A stretch of DNA of 52,667 bases, taken from Candidatus Nanohaloarchaea archaeon. GTDB taxonomy: Archaea; Nanohalarchaeota; Nanosalinia; Nanosalinales; Nanosalinaceae. This document shows positions 48,771-52,667 of this stretch, piece by piece; position 1 is the stretch's first letter; the number at the start of each line of letters is the position of its first letter. The notes beneath the pieces are model-generated. The model was not told the origin of the DNA. It did not search any database and was given only the letters and a program-made list of their open reading frames with translations. The position numbers and the translations under genes were made by a program. The stretch spans positions 1 through 52,667 of the forward strand of contig JBDGSE010000036.1 in NCBI GenBank assembly GCA_042217695.1, given 5' to 3'.

Positions 48771-49853
48771 ATGGGTATCGAGGACAGGATCCAGGAACTG
48801 GAGGAAAAACTGGAGAAGACACCGGTGAACAAGGCCACCGAGACCGAACGTGCCCGGATAAAAGGACAGATAGCCAAACTGAAAGAGGAGAAGGAGAAGA
48901 AACAGAAGGGCACCGGCGAGACCTCGGGATACGCCGTCAGGAAGCAGGGCGACGCGACAGTCGCTCTGGTGGGGTTTCCCTCGGTCGGGAAGTCAACGCT
49001 TCTCAACCAGTTGACAAACGCGGATAGCGAGACCGGGGAGTACGAGTTCACGACACTCGACGTGGAGCCCGGGATGCTGAAACACAGGGGGGCAAACATA
49101 CAGATACTTGATGTTCCCGGCCTGATAGGCGGGGCTGCCGAGGGCCGTGGAGACGGTACACAGGTGTTAAGTGTCGTGAGGAACGCGGACCTCGTGCTCA
49201 TACTGCTTGATCAGGAAAACCGGTACGAGGAGATCTCATCGGAGCTTTACAAGGCCGGTATAAGGCTTGACACAGAGCCGCCCAGGATAAAGGTGGAGAA
49301 AAAGGACCGCGGCGGGATAGATATATCCGCGACGGCAGACCTGGAACTGGAGGAGGACACTATAGAACAGCTGATGGAGGACAACGGCTACGTCAACGCC
49401 GACGTCATAATCCGGGAAGAGGTCGATATAGACAGGTTTATCGATGGACTGATGGACAACAGGAAGTACGTGCCCTCTCTTACGGTTATGAACAAGGCAG
49501 ACCTTCTGTCAGGGAAGGAAAAGGAAAGATATGGCGAAAAATACGACCTGCTGGTATCCGCGGAGGAAGGCAAAAACCTGGAGGAGCTGAAAGACGAGAT
49601 ATTCAACGGTATCGGGCTTATCCGGGTCTACATGAAGGAGAAGGGAGAGGAGCCCGATAAAGACGAACCGCTGATACTCCGTGAGGGAGACACCGTGGAG
49701 GACGCGATGGACGAACTGCCTGGCAACATGAAGGAAAGGTTCAAGTCCGCAAAGGTCACCGGCCCCAGCTCGAAGTTCCCGGAACAGAAAGTCGGGGAAG
49801 ACCACGTACTGCAGGATGAGGATGTGCTGGAACTCAACCTGAGACACGTCTAG
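48771..49853 (+). CDS. DRG/OBG-family GTPase with TGS domain
   Basis: TPVNKATE, GFPSVGKST, YEFTTL, DVPG, NKAD, QKVG.DH.L.D.D. Confidence 0.95.
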   Translation: MGIEDRIQELEEKLEKTPVNKATETERARIKGQIAKLKEEKEKKQKGTGETSGYAVRKQGDATVALVGFPSVGKSTLLNQLTNADSETGEYEFTTLDVEPGMLKHRGANIQILDVPGLIGGAAEGRGDGTQVLSVVRNADLVLILLDQENRYEEISSELYKAGIRLDTEPPRIKVEKKDRGGIDISATADLELEEDTIEQLMEDNGYVNADVIIREEVDIDRFIDGLMDNRKYVPSLTVMNKADLLSGKEKERYGEKYDLLVSAEEGKNLEELKDEIFNGIGLIRVYMKEKGEEPDKDEPLILREGDTVEDAMDELPGNMKERFKSAKVTGPSSKFPEQKVGEDHVLQDEDVLELNLRHV

Positions 49854-50006
49854 CTTAACCTTCTGTTCTCCCCATGTAAAGGGTTTTTAACAGAGAATTC
49901 TTTAGAAGGTCTGTAAAGCGGTAAAAAATCTTCTTCAACGTTTTTGAACGATTAGCGCTGCTTTCACGCTCTAGATTTAAAAGGTTTCAGGGAGAACCAC
50001 AACCTG

Positions 50007-50117
50007 ATGCAGACCGATTTCATAGACGATACCGGGCACCAGATCCCCGTGGAATTCGAGGAACCCGGTGTCGCAAGAAAGGTCTTCACCTATCTGAAAT
50101 CCCTTGTAAGAGGGTAA
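50007..50117 (+). CDS. Putative 36-aa small protein
   Basis: TTTAAAA box 49976-49982, ATG 50007, T-tract after stop; MQTDFIDDTGHQIPVEFEEPGVARKVFTYLKSLVRG. Confidence 0.55.
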   Translation: MQTDFIDDTGHQIPVEFEEPGVARKVFTYLKSLVRG

Positions 50118-50134
50118 GTTTTTCTCCCTCTATT

Positions 50135-50587
50135 TTATTTCGATATGCTCTCGAGAAAATCGCGCTGCTCCTCATCTATCTCGTCGCGCTTCTTTTCCAC
50201 GGTCAGAACCACGAGGTCGTCGCTGTCAAACTTTTCCAGGTCCGAACCCTTCACGTACCGCGCAAGACACGAGGTGTTCCTCGCTGGTGAGACGATGAAC
50301 TCCAGCTCGTAGTCCGTCTCATCCCCTCCAAAAACTATTCTCACAAAGTCTCTCCGGGTCTGCAGATGTCTCCTGATGGCTTCCGCCGTTTCATCGTCGA
50401 AAGCGGGATACTCATGTACCTTCCAGGAGTCTCCCTCCGGCGTTGCACGTTCGATGGACACTGTGTAGAACTCGCACCTTTCGCCGTACTGGCCATGACA
50501 GTACCTGGTTATCTCCTCGGCAAGGTCCTCAAGCTCCCCGCTGTAAACTGTGTAGACCGAGTTCTTCCCCTGGTTCTCCATCAACAT
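50135..50587 (-). CDS. Hypothetical protein
   Basis: 150-aa acidic ORF; start 50587 or 50581. Confidence 0.65.
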   Translation of the reverse strand: MLMENQGKNSVYTVYSGELEDLAEEITRYCHGQYGERCEFYTVSIERATPEGDSWKVHEYPAFDDETAEAIRRHLQTRRDFVRIVFGGDETDYELEFIVSPARNTSCLARYVKGSDLEKFDSDDLVVLTVEKKRDEIDEEQRDFLESISK

Positions 50588-50630
50588 ATGCAGTAATGGG
50601 GGCTGGACCGATAAAAAACTCTGTTATCCC

Positions 50631-51005
50631 CTACTCCACAGGTACCGCGTTGATTACGCCGTCCTGACCGGGGCGTGAAGTGATGCGGGCCTTCCCCTCG
50701 GGTGTCTGGATTATGGTTCCCTTGGTAAGCAGCGAACGTCTCACGTAGTTCGGGTTGGCCGGGTTCTCCTCGACCGACTCGATCTCCACGTTCTTGACCT
50801 CGCCATCGACGGACAGGTTCACGGAATCGGCTCTCTTCACAACGTTCTTGGTGTCGCCACCCCGGACATCCTTCTTCCGGATCCTGGACTCGCCGAGCTC
50901 CGGAGCCGAAAACTCGTCTCCCAGCTCGAACTTCCGGGATTTCCGGTATCTCCGGGTTTTACCTCCCGTCTTCTTGGTAAGGGATCTTCTGTGCCATATT
51001 GCCAT
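50631..51005 (-). CDS. rps8e: 30S ribosomal protein S8e
   Basis: RS..KKTGG, RGG..K, NPAN..YVRR..LTKG.II, TSRPGQDGVINA. Confidence 0.98.
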   Translation of the reverse strand: MAIWHRRSLTKKTGGKTRRYRKSRKFELGDEFSAPELGESRIRKKDVRGGDTKNVVKRADSVNLSVDGEVKNVEIESVEENPANPNYVRRSLLTKGTIIQTPEGKARITSRPGQDGVINAVPVE

Positions 51006-51134
51006 AGTTCCAGTATCCTGACAAAATTTTATAAAAAGAACTCTCGACGCGGTTTCAACCCGGAGAAAGAGCCGGACCGCGGTAGGTTTATATAATTTGT
51101 CAAGGGAATTGAGGCATACAGGTGCCCAGATTTT

Positions 51135-51374
51135 ATGTCAGAAAACAAACGACCATTTGATGTTCTAGACGAGTCGAAAGGAGGAAACGTACTAGTAAAA
51201 CTGAAGGCCTACGGCCGTGACAAGGAGCCCACGGTCTCGGGAGAGCTTCAGGCATTCGACAAACACCTGAACATCTGGCTCGACAACGCCAGGGTCAAAA
51301 CCGATGACTCCACCACCGAGTACGGAAAGCTCTTCGTACGCGGAGATAACGTTCTGTTCGTCAGCCCAGAGTGA
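51135..51374 (+). CDS. Sm-like (Lsm) protein
   Basis: RPFDVL, G.L.AFD.HLNI.L, VRGDNV. Confidence 0.95.
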   Translation: MSENKRPFDVLDESKGGNVLVKLKAYGRDKEPTVSGELQAFDKHLNIWLDNARVKTDDSTTEYGKLFVRGDNVLFVSPE

Positions 51375-51380
51375 TCCCGG

Positions 51381-51542
51381 ATGGGAATGAACAAAGGTAA
51401 ACGGAACAAGAAAACCCACGGCAAATGCAGGCGCTGCGGAAAGAAGGCTTTCCACCTGCAGAAAGGCGTGTGTGCAGCCTGTGGTTTCGGGAAGTCCAAG
51501 AAGAGAGAGGACTTCCAGAAGGCGAAGAACCGCAAGGACTGA
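51381..51542 (+). CDS. rpl37e: 50S ribosomal protein L37e (missing from ORF track)
   Basis: [20 protein letters not shown]....VCAACGFG; conserved Lsm-L37e synteny. Confidence 0.95.
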   Translation: MGMNKGKRNKKTHGKCRRCGKKAFHLQKGVCAACGFGKSKKREDFQKAKNRKD

Positions 51543-51598
51543 AAAAGCATTCAAATATTTCTGCCGGCATTTCTAACATCGAAGAGCCGGGTATACCT

Positions 51599-51731
51599 GG
51601 GCCTGTAGCTCAGTCTGGCAGAGCACCGGCCTTTTAAGGCCTGGCTCCTCTTGCGAGGGGCTGGCCCAGAAGACCGCGAGGTCTTCGTCGAAGACAGCCG
51701 GTAGTCGCGGGTTCAAATCCCGTCGGGCCCA
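51599..51731 (+). tRNA. tRNA-Lys(UUU) with 59-nt intron at 37/38 (51637-51695)
   Basis: Acceptor GGGCCTG/CGGGCCC, anticodon stem CCGGC/GCCGG, TTCAAAT T-loop; canonical BHB (CTTT/GAAG helix, TA|A and AC|A bulges); no encoded CCA. Confidence 0.93.
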
Positions 51732-51789
51732 TCTCTTCGAGATGGTCGAGACGCGGATCCCCAGAAAATCTTCGAATCCTTGGTTCGTC

Positions 51790-51805
51790 AATCCCGTCGG
51801 ACCCA
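51790..51805 (+). repeat. Imperfect direct repeat of tRNA-Lys 3' end (att-like)
   Basis: AATCCCGTCGGACCCA vs AATCCCGTCGGGCCCA (51716-51731), 15/16. Confidence 0.7.
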
Positions 51806-51945
51806 AACTCGTCTACAGAGTTTGATCATTTTAAGGCGTTCAAACAGAACGCCTTTCAGAATCCCTGACTGTTTCTTCTGGGGGCTGATTAACTCTGTTC
51901 TGGAATCCAGGCGCCGCAAGTATGCCGGTGGTGATTCCCTGTACT

Positions 51946-52431
51946 TCACAGTTTGACGCTTCTCTTCACGATGCGCGCCATCTTGGTGAACTTTGCTGCA
52001 AGACCGGTGTTGGCAACGGTTGAAGAAGCCACGAGTTCCTCGGCTACGGGTGCCTCTTCCCCGGCCACCAGTGAAAACGCCCGGACCTCCTGGAGCATGG
52101 AGAACACCGGGATCAGCAGCATTATATCGAGCCAGTGCCGGTGCACGAAGTCCTGATGCGAGTTCGATAAACGGTAGGCGATGCCGAGCCGGACCGCGAA
52201 GAAAGCTATGAGCGCCCAGTTCGCGTAGTTTATGAACCGGATGTATACCGGGTCCAACGGACCGAGAAACTGTGTGAAGACCAGGAAAGCTATCATCAGC
52301 ACTGCTAGAGGCATGAAACCGTCGAGAAACCTCTTCGTGTTCGTCAGATGCCGCTTCGACAGCCTGTGCTCCACAGAGGTCTCCAGCTCTTCAAGGTCTT
52401 TCCGGTACCGGCTTCTGAGACCCATCAACAT
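51946..52431 (-). CDS. Stand-alone ion-channel voltage-sensor-like (S1-S4) membrane protein
   Basis: Two TM helices, WLDIMLLIP (S3-like), K..K..R..K (S4-like); no pore segment. Confidence 0.65.
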   Translation of the reverse strand: MLMGLRSRYRKDLEELETSVEHRLSKRHLTNTKRFLDGFMPLAVLMIAFLVFTQFLGPLDPVYIRFINYANWALIAFFAVRLGIAYRLSNSHQDFVHRHWLDIMLLIPVFSMLQEVRAFSLVAGEEAPVAEELVASSTVANTGLAAKFTKMARIVKRSVKL

Positions 52432-52522
52432 CCAATTGTTGAACGCTGTTAAAAATAGTTTGAGTTCTGTTCCATGCGATGGAATGTATTAAAAATATTT
52501 GGCGTTCAGTGTAATTCACGTT

Positions 52523-52667
52523 GGACCGGTAGCTTAGCCCGGTTAGAGCGCCACGCTGATAACTGGTTACGCCCAGTTAGCAGGCAAAGACCTGCTCCGC
52601 AGGTCGACGAGCTATGCTCGTCAGATCAGACACGTGGAGATCCCCAGTTCAAATCTGGGCCGGTCCA
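52523..52667 (+). tRNA. tRNA-Ile(GAU) with 70-nt intron at 37/38 (52562-52631)
   Basis: Acceptor GGACCGG/CCGGTCC, anticodon stem CCACG/CGTGG, T-arm CCCAG-TTCAAAT-CTGGG; CTGA/TCAG central helix with AC|A bulge. Confidence 0.93.

Noticed and set aside
51135..51542. Lsm-rpl37e and rpl15e-rnp3-rnp2 gene clusters
   Set aside because: Well-known conserved archaeal synteny, not novel
51817..51829. AGAGTTTGATCAT resembles the 5' end of bacterial 16S rRNA (27F primer site)
   Set aside because: Does not continue as GGCTCAG or any rRNA sequence; it is part of a local hairpin repeat
1..52667. CRISPR array, rRNA, transposase/integrase, inteins in AtpA/MCM
   Set aside because: No regularly spaced repeats, rRNA signatures or recombinase motifs seen; AtpA and MCM are normal length
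52523..52667. Window ends exactly at the tRNA-Ile 3' end (possible integration breakpoint)
   Set aside because: Cannot be evaluated without downstream sequence; may reflect how the window was cut

Overview
Gene-dense archaeal chromosome segment with a strongly acidic (Glu-rich) proteome, short intergenic regions, TATA/BRE promoters and GGTGA Shine-Dalgarno (SD) sites. It is most consistent with a halophilic DPANN archaeon (Nanohaloarchaeota-like); this is inference from gene content and composition. Most genes are housekeeping: a complete A/V-type ATP synthase operon (H-I-K-E-C-F-A-B-D), TFB, TBP, histone, MCM, DNA ligase, SSB/RPA, Elp3, Trm1, CCA-adding enzyme, aIF5A, aIF2-beta, two RNase P proteins, ribosomal proteins L15e/S8e/L37e, Lsm and two intron-containing tRNAs (Lys-UUU, Ile-GAU). 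No CRISPR array, rRNA, transposase or integrase was seen. Most notable: (1) an uncharacterised divergent locus at about 6-15 kb combining a MoxR/DUF58/membrane operon, a coiled-coil protein with an XRE-type HTH, an 847-aa endonuclease-IV-like TIM barrel split by a ~430-aa insertion, and a nucleotidyltransferase; (2) a covarying hairpin module shared between ATP synthase operon spacers and the tRNA-Lys intron, with a linked module repeated in the tRNA-Lys trailer region; (3) unannotated mini-ORFs bridging every longer gap in the ATP synthase operon; (4) a pore-less voltage-sensor-like protein, a coiled-coil histone variant and a perfect 55-nt intragenic repeat in tbp. All calls come from reading the sequence and recalled motifs; no database searches were run.
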